Notes: generated by a model from the sequence alone, not told the origin. DNA of 63,663 nucleotides, filler included, from Octopus bimaculoides (GCF_001194135.2; 5 parts of 4 records of this genome joined end to end with filler, not necessarily neighbours in it); one strand, 5' to 3'; shown: positions 48,501 to 62,214, counted from the whole stretch's first letter. Numbers and translations are program-made.

Positions 48501-48930
48501 AAGGCCCAGATGGGCCTTAAACATTTTTCTACTATTTCTTGGGAGGCAGTTTCGAAAAGTTTTGTTTTTAAGTTGTGTGTTTTGTAAATGATTGCTTTTT
48601 TTTAAATGTCTTCTGTGATTTTTTGCGGTGTTTGTAATTGTATAATGTGTTCGTCTTTTTTTAAACATTGCCTTGCAAGCAAGCAGTTCTTCTTTCGAAA
48701 AGGACATAATTCTTTTCTTCAACTTTAAAGCTGCAGCAAAATTACTTTGAGTGTTTGTGTTGGTTGTGGTGGTGATGGTGGTGGTGGCAGTGTTTGTAGT
48801 AGTAAATGTTGTCTTTACTTTGTTTGTATTTTCTACATCCAGACTGCTGTTTTGCCTTTTGGCAGTTGAAATATGTCACAAACATATTTTAACTAACCTA
48901 AATTTTGCTTATACCTAAACACTGCTTGGC
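45552..48930 (-). mobile_element. Tx1/L1-clade LINE with ORF1 (CCHC knuckle) and ORF2 (partial endonuclease, RT, C-terminus), multiple deletions
   Basis: ORF1 VEGRKPCCYVCGSKSHLKISCP; ORF2 WTWSN...SYLDRV, FKPITLLNADLKILAKV, SVHQGCPLSSLLYILTLEPLL, SAYAND, GVKINQEKS. Confidence 0.88.
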
Positions 48931-50200
48931 ACTAATATTTCGTTATATATATTGCTGTAAAACACACACTGGCAGTGCTCCAGCCTGGCCACAGTCTTTC
49001 AGCTGAAATACATAGAAGAATAAAAGAATACCTGCATACACATACATATATAGAAGGCAAACAGATAGGCAGCAGGTGAATACATAGGAAGGGAAAGAAA
49101 GAAACAAGAAGAAAGATAAAGCCCACAAAAGGGAAAAGAGTGGCGTGACATAGAGAAAGTATGGTCTGATTTGATCATTCAGTATTTCATTGGGTGGGTT
49201 GCTGGCTAGTTGGTTGACTGGCTAGTTGGCTGATTGGTTAGCTGGCTGACTGGCTAGCTGCTTCAGCCATGTGTAAAAATGTCAGGCAGTGATACACCTA
49301 CAATTTCTCGCAGTGGGTACAACAAACACAAACCCCAAAACACATAGATAGATATATACATATATATATGATGGGCTTCTTTCAGCTTTTGTCTATCAAA
49401 TTCACTCATGAGGCTTTGGTCAGCCCAAGGCTATAGTAGAAGACACTTGCCCAAGATGCCGCACAGTGGGACTGGAGTTGGGAAGCAAGCTTCTTACCAC
49501 ACGGCCACACCTGTGCCTATAATGAACAAAATATTTTAACAATTTTTCATAGAGTTCCTAATATTTAATCATAAAAAATATAATAGAAATTTTTAGACAT
49601 TAAACAGTTATGAGGGTCCACCTAAATAAAATAGAAATCAAAGGTGTCCATGGTAAAAAATGGTTGAGAAACGCTGGTCTACATAGTGTCTTGATCTGCT
49701 AAGAATATCAACCAAATCTAGCTCCAATGATACCCTACCTATTGAGATACACTGTGCCTAAGACAAAACAAAGCAAAAAGAGATGAAATGGTCACAGCTT
49801 AAAAGTTGTTAAATTTTTTGATACCAACTCACCTGAGACCACTTTTGGTTTTATGTTGCAAACTTCTTGTTTTAAAAGGCTCTAAATTAAAACTTTCCAT
49901 TAAAATTTCATATTAATTCAAGTTCCAAACACTAACATAATTATGACTAAGTTATTTTCATAAATTCTTCATTGTTTTAAAAATTAATCGAAACAAAGAC
50001 TGTATTTTCAGAGAAATATAACAAAAGTGTTAATCATAGATTTGCTTGAGGAAATGACTTGGGTTAATCCAATGTTTCTTATAGGTGGTTGGAAGAATGA
50101 GGAGTAAAAGGAGAGAGTGGGGGACAATTTCCCATGTTTCATAAAATCAAGTTTAAAACTGCATTTCTGTTTGATGAATTTTCATCATTGGACCTGCATT

Positions 50201-50301
50201 TCAGCCATGGCCATCCCATCTTTCTCTTTGGCACATATCCAGATCTTGATTATCCAATTCAGTAATCTCTCGACTATCTCGGGTATTATATTCCAAAACC
50301 T
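50201..50301 (-). CDS. Candidate terminal coding exon of an unidentified gene
   Basis: ttttcacctattgcag|AG GTT TTG GAA...GGC TGA; (E)VLEYNTRDSREITELDNQDLDMCQRERWDGHG*; codon pattern looks coding-like; upstream exons not found. Confidence 0.45.
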
Positions 50302-51589
50302 CTGCAATAGGTGAAAATCCATGAAGAAGAAACAGTACTGTACTATATATATTTTTTTATTATTTTTATAATTTGTATATATTTTATTATAAATGCAAAA
50401 CAACACCACGGAGGAATCGACATAAACTTAAATAATAAACCACGATAAGTGAACTGTGATATGGTGAGGGATTACTGTATATCCCTCCATTTTAAAATTA
50501 TTTGGGTTAATTTGAAGCAGATTTGGCTGCTATTTAGGTCGTTAGTTTGTGTACAAATAAAGCTTGTATTTTTTGCTGGCAAAATATGAAAAGATGTCAA
50601 CTTTTTCAGCCAAATATGGTAAGATTTTTAATGAAAAACACAAAAAAAGAAAAGACAATAAAAACATCAATATGATCCAGTTATCATGAACACAGATGCT
50701 TATTAAAATCAATGAAAAAGTATTAAGATCAATATAGTTGACAACATTTCTTCAAGGCAGTGTCAGCAACATGGCTGTAGTCCCATGACTAAATTCATTA
50801 AAATGAAGCAACCAACAGAGTATAGGTTTCCTTTTTCTGCAACAATAGGCTAAATAATATTTCTAATCAATCAATGAGCAGTATTTATTAAAATATTTTA
50901 TAAGATGAAAGTCAGTAAACTTTATTTGCCCATTAATCTTGTTAGTTGCAATCCATTGTAACACAGACCCCAATAACATGTTATCCATTCTATCTAAACT
51001 GTAAGTGTGATATTTAAATTTAAGTTTCTTTACTACACAGCTGACAATGTGAGGTCTTGATGCATAAACTTTCAGTTTTTGTTAAGTTGCTATTGTTGTT
51101 TAGCTCCAAATTGACACTGACTGAGCTATCTTAAGATCAAAAGCATCCCAGCCATGACTATCCCATTTTTTCATATGTGCAGGAAACCTAGGACTACATT
51201 ACATAAATTACTTCTCTCATTGCTGCATTACTGATGCACCCTCTTATTAGTTGACTAGTATGTTAATGTAGTAGCTTACTGGTGCACCAGTTTTTACTGA
51301 TTATTCAGCCAAACAAAAAACTGAATAGCCAAGTGAGACCTTACCAACTCTGCCTTCCCCACTCTTAATGTTACCAGTTTTCTGTCAGCAGGATATGGTA
51401 TTAGAGAGATTGGTTACTATTCCTTGTAGGATAAACTTCTGCTAAGGAATAGTAGTGGTGTTCTAATATAGTAATCAATATACTTCATTTAAAAAGCAAC
51501 TAAATAGGTTACAACAATGATCTGTGTTGGACAAAGCACCTTTCTAAAATAATGAAAAGGCCAAAAATGTCCCAACATCACTCTGTAAG

Positions 51590-51700
51590 ACCTTTGACAG
51601 CTCCTCACCAGCTATTTATCTAAAGCTTTATATAGCTAAAATACGTCCGCACTTACAGTTTGCATCTTCAGTCCAGAATCTCAATCTTGTCTGGAATACT
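51590..51700 (+). mobile_element. CR1/L2 LINE fragment
   Basis: LYIAKIRPHLQFASSV resembles the LY..LVRPHLEYAS.VW motif. Confidence 0.55.
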
Positions 51701-51719
51701 AATCCACCAATATTCTAGT

Positions 51720-52620
51720 GGGGCAGTAAGCAGTGAATTTAGTTTGCAGGAATTCATCAGGGCTCAGTTCTCAACCCCTTCTTGTTTATTATAGTCCTCC
51801 AAACCATAAGAGGAATTTATCAATAACTATTCTTCGGAACTTTGTTGTAGAAGGATTGAAGCAGAAATTCCAGACATCAAAAACCTGGAATTTAGTTAGT
51901 AGAAAGGAAGACAGGATCCATACAGCATCAGAGAAATGCCTTGTGCTTCATTTGTAGAAAAAGAGTTGGTAGAAATTCAATAAGGTATGCCCCACAGAAA
52001 ATGTTAGGCATACCAGAAGTGTAGTAGGGTCACAAGCAGGTTAACAAAGAAAATAGATTTCACATGCGACAGGTGTCCAGGGCAATAAGCACTAAGAGTG
52101 ATCAGAAAATAGATTCCCTTAAATGTCCATATGGCTCCTTTATGCTATCTAGGTGACCAAATTAGCAGTGGAGATGGGGTATCAAAAATGTGGCATTCAG
52201 AATAAGAATACAATGACAACAAAGGGCTTCCAACACAAAACAAAGGGTAGGTTATACAATGTTTGTTGTATGAAGTGCATTGCTTGCATGTCAATGAGAT
52301 GTGGACTTTGAATGCAGTGGATCTGCATAAACTAGAAAAAAATCAAGTAAGAATGTTTTTATGAATGACAAACAGGTAAAAGAGGAATCAGATGTAGTGT
52401 GCAAGAGAGAAGACTGTACTGGTATAGACACATGATATGAATGGAGAGTGACAGCTACATAAGCATGTGTTGAGCACTTGAAGTGAGTGAATGGTACTTG
52501 TGGAAGAGAAAGCTCAAGGAAGACTTGAGATGAAGCAGTGAAAAATGGTCTCAGTGATACAATATCTAATGAATACTGCAGAAGAACTGATCTCCAGTGA
52601 ACATTAAGTGAAATGCCAAC
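51720..52620 (+). mobile_element. RTE-clade LINE RT and C-terminal fragment
   Basis: GIHQGSVLNPFLFIIVLQTI, LCYLGDQISSG and a decayed GRPRKTW-like end. Confidence 0.75.
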
Positions 52621-54330
52621 TAAAACAGTGGAGTAATGTACACTCACTGCTTGCTTTCTATTGTGTCCCCTCTACCAACTTTTTCCCGACCTACTGTACC
52701 TATTCTATATCTTTTCTTCTACTCATCCAACCAAGTCTCCTGTAAATGAGAGAAAAGCATTAGACCTATTCATTCTGAATTCACCTACTTCATCTCCCAT
52801 ATTTTGTTCCTTGTCCTGCTATCCTTCTGAATTATGATGCTTGAGAAAAACAGGGAGAGAGTGCATTCATGTAACCTTCCCACACTCCCCCAGTCTTCTG
52901 TCACTTTACTTTTTTCTGCTTACATTCTTGGATATATTACTTTAAGGATATGCACTGATACTTCCTCCTTCTCCTCATCACTAACATCTTTAACTATCCT
53001 TTATACCCCTTTCCTCCTATCCCACTGTCATCACTCTCAAACTGTCTCTCTTTACCCTTGACACTACTCTTTCTTCCTTTTCTTTTCCCTTCTCTCATTA
53101 CTCTCTTCTCTTATATTGTCTCCTTTAGTCTCTCTACTACCACCCTCCTTCCATCGTAGTTCAACTTGTCACACTCTCTTCTATTCTCCCTCTCATTCAT
53201 GGGGGCTCTTAATCCTTTGATTTGCAAGGTAAACTCACAAGTGCTGGTGCCATAATAATCTGTAAAGCATTATCTGTAAAGTGGTTGGCAAATTGAGTAG
53301 AAAAAATACAGTGCTCAGAAGACTATTTTGGGTGATGTTTATGATGATGATGGTGATGGCGGTGGTGGTAATGATGATAATGATTTGGGGTTTTTTTCCA
53401 CATTTTTCCATGCTAGCATGGCTTCAATGTGTACTGAGGCTACACACACACACACACACACACACAGCTATGTAGTTAAGGAGATCAATTTACATGGCAT
53501 CTTCTGTAGGTAGCTTCTGTTATGGATGGAAGCTACATGTATTTTTGTATGCAATGCATNNNNNNNNNNNNNNNNNNNNNNNNNNNNNNNNNNNNNNNNN
53601 NNNNNNNNNNNNNNNNNNNNNNNNNNNNNNNNNNNNNNNNNNNNNNNNNNNNNNNNNNNNNNNNNNNNNNNNNNNNNNNNNNNNNNNNNNNNNNNNNNNN
53701 NNNNNNNNNNNNNNNNNNNNNNNNNNNNNNNNNNNNNNNNNNNNNNNNNNNNNNNNNNNNNNNNNNNNNNNNNNNNNNNNNNNNNNNNNNNNNNNNNNNN
53801 NNNNNNNNNNNNNNNNNNNNNNNNNNNNNNNNNNNNNNNNNNNNNNNNNNNNNNNNNNNNNNNNNNNNNNNNNNNNNNNNNNNNNNNNNNNNNNNNNNNN
53901 NNNNNNNNNNNNNNNNNNNNNNNNNNNNNNNNNNNNNNNNNNNNNNNNNNNNNNNNNNNNNNNNNNNNNNNNNNNNNNNNNNNNNNNNNNNNNNNNNNNN
54001 NNNNNNNNNNNNNNNNNNNNNNNNNNNNNNNNNNNNNNNNNNNNNNNNNNNNNNNNNNNNNNNNNNNNNNNNNNNNNNNNNNNNNNNNNNNNNNNNNNNN
54101 NNNNNNNNNNNNNNNNNNNNNNNNNNNNNNNNNNNNNNNNNNNNNNNNNNNNNNNNNNNNNNNNNNNNNNNNNNNNNNNNNNNNNNNNNNNNNNNNNNNN
54201 NNNNNNNNNNNNNNNNNNNNNNNNNNNNNNNNNNNNNNNNNNNNNNNNNNNNNNNNNNNNNNNNNNNNNNNNNNNNNNNNNNNNNNNNNNNNNNNNNNNN
54301 NNNNNNNNNNNNNNNNNNNNNNNNNNNNNN

Positions 54331-54679
54331 GATTAAAATATTGTGTTTAACAAAAGTGAAAATAGAAACACTTACTGTAAAAAAAAAAAATCATATTTTT
54401 TCGTTGTCAAGTCACTGTGTCTAATCAAAAGATAACAGTTTTTTCCCGTTCAGGATTAAGATTATTTTCAGAATATTTTCCCATTATGTACCATTTTGGG
54501 TTTTTATACCCCATAAACCTCTAATATCTCAACCACTGGTCCAATTTACATGAAACTTATTTTATTCCATTCGTATTAACATTTCAGGGTAAACTTAACT
54601 CATATTATGCGCCAGTTTGGCTGGGTAACATTGCAAGCAAGCAAGCAAGATTCAAGCTGACTTTTAATGTATTGTAGAT
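54331..54679 (-). mobile_element. Non-autonomous Helitron-like element, 5' TC end
   Basis: Minus strand begins a|TCTACAATACATTAAAAG, typical of HINE/DINE-like 5' ends; 3' end probably in the gap. Confidence 0.4.
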
Positions 54680-54754
54680 ATATATTGTCATCTGGTTCCT
54701 CTACCCTCACAGCAATAAGTCATATACACATACATACATCCCCCCACACATATT

Positions 54755-55156
54755 TCTTTTACTTGTTTCAGTCTTTTGACTGTGGTCATGCTGGAACATC
54801 GCCTTTAGTCAAACAAATCGACCCCAGGACTTATTCTTTGTAAGCCTAGTACTTATTCTATCAGGTTCTTTTGCTGAACTGCTAAGTTACAGAGATGTAA
54901 ACACACCAACATCAGTAGTCAAGCGACTGTGGAAGGACAAATATAGACACACAAATACATACATACATACATTTATATATATATATATATATATATACGA
55001 CGAGCTTCTTTCAGTTTCTGTCTACCAAATTCTCACAAGGCTTTGGTCAGCTTGAGGCTATAGTAGAAGACACTTGCCCAAGGTGCCATGCAGTCGGACT
55101 AAACCCAGAACCATCTGGTTGGGAAGCAAGCTTTTTACCATACAGCAACTCCTTCA

Positions 55157-55158
<2 letters not shown>
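54755..55158 (-). mobile_element. SINE family B (full length)
   Basis: Reverse complement of the 7998-8402 copy. Confidence 0.85.
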
Positions 55159-55219
<61 letters not shown>

Positions 55220-55220
55220 A

Positions 55221-55890
55221 CTAGCAGGACCTGTGAATATTTCATAGAATTAATGGTAAACCTATTGGGTTATTTCTGAAAACTTTATCTGAAAAACCTG
55301 AAAGCATACCCTGTGTTGTCTCCAACTCATTGAAAAGTTAATGAAATTGGAATATAATGATTACTTAATGCTTTTTATCTATATACTTTATATACTTTAT
55401 GCACAGTTTTATAGACTTAATTTACTGCACACATAAAATAAATATTCACTCTTATTTTTCCATTTTTTCCCCAAAAACAAAAACAAAAAAATATCCTGTA
55501 TATATGATACAACCTTTAGTTAAATTGCAAATATCTGCCATGTGAATAAGTGTGAATATTTAGCAGAATTGCACTTACAAGGATGTATTAGGTGATAGGT
55601 AATATAAAAAATTTAGTTCAATTACGAAAAAAATACCCTTTCCAACCACCACCACAACCACCACCATTTCTCTCCTTCCCCTTCACCTTGTCATTTTTCC
55701 TCTCTCCTTTTTCTTTCTCCTCTCTTTCCCTTCAGCTATTCATGTGAAAGCATTACAATTACATTCCCTCTCACTTCTCTCTTCCCCTTTTCTCCATCCC
55801 ACTTTCTCTCTCCCTCCTTTCTTTTTTCTTTTTTTTTTCTTTAATCATGTGAAAGTGCTACTGACAGGCTAAGTAACACAATGACAAGCA
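55221..55890 (-). mobile_element. Non-autonomous Helitron-like element (same family as 10350-10905)
   Basis: a|CTAGcaggacctgtgaatatttcatagaattaatggtaaacc aligns with the reverse complement of 10860-10905. Confidence 0.55.
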
Positions 55891-56175
55891 GAATTTTTAT
55901 ACTGGTATGTGTGTATCATTGTGCTAGTAAATATCAATGACCACTGCTTGCCAACTGGTGTTGGTTTCTTTATCTCCCTGTAATTTAGCAGTTTGACATA
56001 AGACACAAATAGGTACCAGGCTTAAAAGAAGTTAGTACTGAGCTTGATTCAGTTGATTAAAAAATCACTCTGAGGTGGAGCCCCAGTTTGGCTGAAGTCA
56101 AGTGTCTAAAAACAAGTAAAAGATAAAACAAAGAATATATACACACACACACACACACACAAATACACATACATG

Positions 56176-56221
<46 letters not shown>

Positions 56222-56244
56222 GGTGACACGTAAANNNNNNNNNN

Positions 56245-56554
56245 CGAGCGTGGCTGTTGCCAGTAAGACATTCGAGCGAGATCGTTGCCAGTGCCGATGG
56301 ACTGGCTCCTGTGCAGGTGGCACATAAAATACACCATTTTGAGTGTGGCTGTCGCCAGTACCACCTAACTGGCCTTCGTGCCAAGGCAAGTAAAAGCATC
56401 CACTACACTCTCGGAGTGGTTGGCATTAAGAAGGGCATCCAGCTGTAGAAACTCTGCCAAATCAGATTGGAGCCTGGTTCGCCAGTCCTCAGTCAAATCA
56501 TCCAACCCATGCTAGCATGGAAAGCAGACGTTAAACAATGATGACGATGATGAT

Positions 56555-56557
<3 letters not shown>
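56245..56557 (+). mobile_element. SINE family E with (GAT)n tail
   Basis: Shares its 3' part with 13374-13530; head segment repeated at 56590-56665. Confidence 0.75.
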
Positions 56558-56593
<36 letters not shown>

Positions 56594-58139
56594 ACTGGCT
56601 CCTGTGCAAGTGGCACGTAAAATACGTCATTTCGAGCGTGGCCGTCGCCAGTACCGCCTGACAGGTAACTTCTACATGCTAGAAGACAGTTATATACTGG
56701 TAGTATAACTCTGTATAGTTTTGCTACCTTTTTTTATATATATATACTTGAGTATTTAATATTAGCATTTCAAAGTTCGTTTCGGCATTTTTTCATTTTC
56801 TGCTAACTGAAACTGCATCTGCGCAGTGGATTTTGAAAAAAATTAGAATGTATATCTTAGAAGACATGTGCTTTCTGCCTTCTGTCTTGTAGATATACGT
56901 TAATTACTTGACGGCTGGTTACTGAAGAGGATTTGCCTAATAAATTATTTTATTTACTAAAAAAATCCGAAACCTATGGGTCTAACCATTAAAAATNNNN
57001 NNNNNNNNNNNNNNNNNNNNNNNNNNNNNNNNNNNNNNNNTTAATTAATTAANNNNNNNNNNNNNNNNNNNNNNNNNNNNNNNNNNNNNNNNNNNNTATA
57101 TACATATATATATACATACGTGTATGTGTGTGTGTGTATGTGTATGTACAAACACACTCACATACACACATGCACGTAAATGTTTGCATGTATATAGATA
57201 TATACAGAGATATGTATTACAATTTATAAGAGGAATGACCACTAAAGTGGATTCCTATACGCTAGAAATAGACGTCAAATCGCCTTACCACAAAGAGTGT
57301 GTTCTCAAGAAAAAAACTCAGCAAACGCTAGAATGTGAAAAATAAGCAAGGCAAATGAAAATTTACAAAATAAAACGATTACCTACATATCATGATTTCA
57401 TTATTAACACTTGCAAAATGTAAGCATCTGTAAATCCTCAGTGTAGCCTGTCGTATTTTAAAACATATTCCACAGAACTATACACAGAAACGTTTTCCCG
57501 AAAGAAAACTGATGTACAGTTCTACAAAGTATATTTGTGGTATTTTTCAAACGTCTTCATTTTGGTGCGCTAGTGCCGGAAACAACCCTGCAGATAATAA
57601 ATTACCGCAGTTAATTTACCGGTTTGAGAACACTGCTATTTTAAATCTTCGGATTTTTTTTTTTTGAATATGCTAGACCACTGGTTTAAATTGATGTTAA
57701 TCGATTGATATCAATTTCTACCCTCATCATTTTAATATTCATTGGACTAAAACTTCAAGGTGGTGCCCTAGTATGGCCGCAGTCTAATGACTCAAAAAGA
57801 TAAAAGATATATATATAAACACACACACGCACACACTTAGGTATTTATAGGTACACCCGTATATATGTATTTTTGCACATGAATATTTACACAAGATACA
57901 TGTACATATGTACCCAACCTCAGCTATACACAGGCAAACAAAAAGCCCTCATTCACAAGCACACACTTGCACAAAAACATGCACATGCATAATATAGATT
58001 TATTCAGACATACCCCAACATATATTCACCGACAGACAGATAAACAGACGTAGAGGAGTGAAAACACTGAAGGGCATTGCCCCTCGCCCACATTAGGGAT
58101 GAAATAACCTCATTCATTCACACACGTTCGTACACACAT

Positions 58140-58182
<43 letters not shown>

Positions 58183-58449
58183 GTCTCTCACACACACATA
58201 CACACACATACTTAATCATGCGTATCAATGGAAACTTACACACACATACACACACGCACACACACAGACGCTCGCACATACACACGCATATATGAATGTA
58301 TGTATATTTAAACATATACGTAGATAAATTACTTGATAGATAGATTGATAAACAAACATATGCATACATAATATATATGTGTGTGCATATATATATACTT
58401 ATACATATATGTTTATATATATATGTACACATATATATATATGCATATA

Positions 58450-58565
58450 TAAGGGATGATCACTAGGTGGACATCCAATATGCTAGAAAGAGGTCATCAA
58501 CGACCCAACATTCGCTGATGACCTCTTTCTAGCATATTGGATGTCCACCTAGTGGTCATCCCTTG
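58450..58565. mobile_element. 116-bp hairpin MITE with TA flanks
   Basis: 49-bp arms with one mismatch (58451-58499, 58516-58564) around a 16-nt spacer. Confidence 0.75.
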
Positions 58566-58676
58566 TACATGTGTAATACAATTTTTTATGAATTTTCAGA
58601 TTTTTTTGTGCTAGACCACTTGGTTTTAAATTGAATTAATATTCAATTTATCATCCTATCTATATAAATTATAATT

Positions 58677-58712
<36 letters not shown>

Positions 58713-58722
58713 CAGATAGATG

Positions 58723-58775
<53 letters not shown>

Positions 58776-59694
58776 ACATTNNNNNNNNNNNNNNNNNNNN
58801 NNNNNNNNNNNNNNNNNNNNNNNNNNNNNNNNNNNNNNNNNNNNNNNNNNNNNNNNNNNNNNNNNNNNNNNNNNNNNNNNNNNNNNNNNNNNNNNNNNNN
58901 NNNATACATGCATACATACAAACATATACGTATATATAGATATACACATATACTGACATACACATAACTACAGACAATCACAGACACATACATACATAAT
59001 TACATACATGTACCACATTCACACTCAGATATATCGACATATCTACGTACGTACACCTATGCACAAGCACAAAACTCCATATTGTCGTGTATTTTTAATT
59101 AATCAATGAAAAAGTTAAGCTTCTTTGACGTCAGTACGGACACTAGAAGGAAGAGCTTCTGGCAAGATGGAAGGAGATAGAGCAGTTAGAGGAGAGAGAG
59201 GTAGGAAGAGAGAGGGAGGAAGAAAGAGGGAGGAAGAGAGAGGGGGGTTGAAGGAAAAAGAATGAGAGTGAAAGGGAAGGAAAAGAAAGACATGGGAAGG
59301 AGCAAGCAGGACCAAAAAGAAAGTGAAAATGCAATAGCAGTATTTGCATGATGGAGGCATCAGAGAAAAATGACATATATACAGAGATGTGTGTACGTTT
59401 GTGTGTGGCTGTGCGTATATGTATGTATATGCATACATACCTACCTACCTACATACATACATACATACATACATACATACATACACACATACATACATGC
59501 ATACATACATACATACATACATACATACATACATACATACATGCATACATACATATATACGTATATCACATTATCCGAGTATCGATCAGACTATCGAATG
59601 TTGTTATATATCGATGGTCACAATGCAATTCGCATTGCTTTAGCTTTCGAATGATGCCATTCCGCTGGCTAGGTGAGTAGGCCAATATATATAC

Positions 59695-59736
<42 letters not shown>

Positions 59737-60512
59737 NNNNNNNNNNNNNNNNNNNNNNNNNNNNNNNNNNNNNNNNNNNNNNNNNNNNNNNNNNNNNNNN
59801 NNNNNNNNNNNNNNNNNNNNNNNNNNNNNNNNNNNNNNNNNNNNNNNNNNNNNNNNNNNNNNNNNNNNNNNNNNNNNNNNNNNNNNNNNNNNNNNNNNNN
59901 NNNNNNNNNNNNNNNNNNNNNNNNNNNNNNNNNNNNNNNNNNNNNNNNNNNNNNNNNNNNNNNNNNNNNNNNNNNNNNNNNNNNNNNNNNNNNNNNNNNN
60001 NNNNNNNNNNNNNNNNNNNNNNNNNNNNNNNNNNNNNNNNNNNNNNNNNNNNNNNNNNNNNNNNNNNNNNNNNNNNNNNNNNNNNNNNNNNNNNNNNNNN
60101 NNNNNNNNNNNNNNNNNNNNNNNNNNNNNNNNNNNNNNNNNNNNNNNNNNNNNNNNNNNNNNNNNNNNNNNNNNNNNNNNNNNNNNNNNNNNNNNNNNNN
60201 NNNNNNNNNNNNNNNNNNNNNNNNNNNNNNNNNNNNNNNNNNNNNNNNNNNNNNNNNNNNNNNNNNNNNNNNNNNNNNNNNNNNNNNNNNNNNNNNNNNN
60301 NNNNNNNNNNNNNNNNNNNNNNNNNNNNNNNNNNNNNNNNNNNNNNNNNNNNNNNNNNNNNNNNNNNNNNNNNNNNNNNNNNNNNNNNNNNNNNNNNNNN
60401 NNNATTTATTTATACATAGGCTAAAAAAGTGATGTTAACGACGACGACGACGACGACGATGATGATGATGATGATGATGATGATGCTGAAGAAGAAGAAG
60501 AAGAAGAAGAAG

Positions 60513-60544
<32 letters not shown>

Positions 60545-60548
60545 GAAG

Positions 60549-60579
<31 letters not shown>

Positions 60580-61189
60580 CCAACAACAACAAGAACAAGA
60601 ACAAGAACAAGAAGACGACGACGACGAAGAAAAAGACGAAGAAAACGAAGAAAAAGTAGAAGAAAAAGATGCATACTTAAAACAAGGGAGAAAGATTAAA
60701 GAAAAATACCCTTTACACATGCTTCCACCTCCTTCTTTCCTTCGAGGTCAGAGTCCTCTGAATGAAGACGCAGAGTGTGAGAGAAGTGATTACGTACCGT
60801 AAGATATGAGGAGAAGAAACGAAAAAAGTGAATTGAAGAAAGACAGAGAGCATGTGAGAGATAAATCGAGAGGACACGAAAAAAAGAAAAAAAGCGAAAA
60901 TGAAGAAAAAGAGAAAAATGAACAAAGAAGAAAGTAAGCTACGAAAAAAAAAACCCGAAAGAATAAAGAAACTAAAAGAAGAAAAGATAGAAAGGAAAGA
61001 AATTGAAGAAACGCGCACACGGAAAGAAAATCCCAAAAAAGAAAAATGAAAAAAACAGATAAAAAGAAAAGAGATGAGAGTGGACATGAAGGAAAAATGT
61101 TAAAAAATTTATTCTGCAACTAAGAAAGCAAAAGAAGGAATAAAAAGACATGAAAGAAACAAAGCAAAAACGTAGGAAACAAGTGAGAT

Positions 61190-61232
61190 CCGGAAATGGC
61201 GGCATATAAATAAACTAACCGGAAATGACGCG
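61190..61232. promoter_or_regulatory. Housekeeping-type core promoter motifs (ETS-YY1 and ETS-CRE half site)
   Basis: CCGGAAATGGCGG and ACCGGAAATGACGCG with a tataaa between them, in a CpG-rich patch. Confidence 0.45.
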
Positions 61233-61311
61233 TTGCAAGATATTGTCGTCATCTTTCGAGATGCTAATTGAAATGGGAGACAATATTTTTTCATTAGGGG
61301 TTGATTATTGC

Positions 61312-61384
<73 letters not shown>

Positions 61385-61661
61385 TATTATCATCATTATT
61401 ATTATTATTATTATTATTGTTCANNNNNNNNNNNNNNNNNNNNNNNNNNNNNNNNNNNNNNNNNNNNTTAATTAATTAANNNNNNNNNNNNNNNNNNNNN
61501 NNNNNNNNNNNNNNNNNNNNNNNTCAGTTTCCGTCTACCAAATCCACTCACAAGGCTTTGGTCAGCCAGAGGCGATAGTAGAAGACACTTGTCCATCTGG
61601 TTGATAAACAAACTACTTACCACACAGCCACTCTTATGCCTATAAATATATGTTTATGCAT

Positions 61662-61693
<32 letters not shown>

Positions 61694-62214
61694 ATGTTTG
61701 ACACCTGGATGGAATATTATTGGTTTCTAGTATAGAAAGGGCTACCTATCATGTGTATAGGGCAACATTTGATTGTAAGTCTTGTTTGATCAGGGTGTTG
61801 TCGTAACTAAACAACTTGTTCCATTTGAATGAGCCGGTGACGGAAGGTGTACAGTTTGATTGACCGGCTTGAAATAGCAGTTAAATCTCACTGATATCAT
61901 ACATAACAATATTGTTGTAGCTAAGGGTAGGATAATTTGGATAATGTTGTTCTCCTTGAATAATTCTTGGAAGAATAAAAAATTTTCCAAATAAATAAAA
62001 ACAGAAAAATATACAGGCAGGATAGTCATGGCTGGAATGACTTAGCATGCATGTGTGTGTATGAGTGTATGTATACATATATATCAGTCTATCTGCGTGT
62101 GTGTTTATTCACTCTTGTTTACCTATTTCATGTTATTTGCACCATTGGTGATGTCCTGTACCCACATATGCATGTATGTATATATACACAGACATGCAGG
62201 AAGTAAATAGACAC

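Noticed and set aside
51340-51440. Upstream exon for the 50201-50301 candidate (KTGNIKSGEGRV)
   Set aside because: It lies in sequence resembling a common dispersed repeat; the acceptor is weak.
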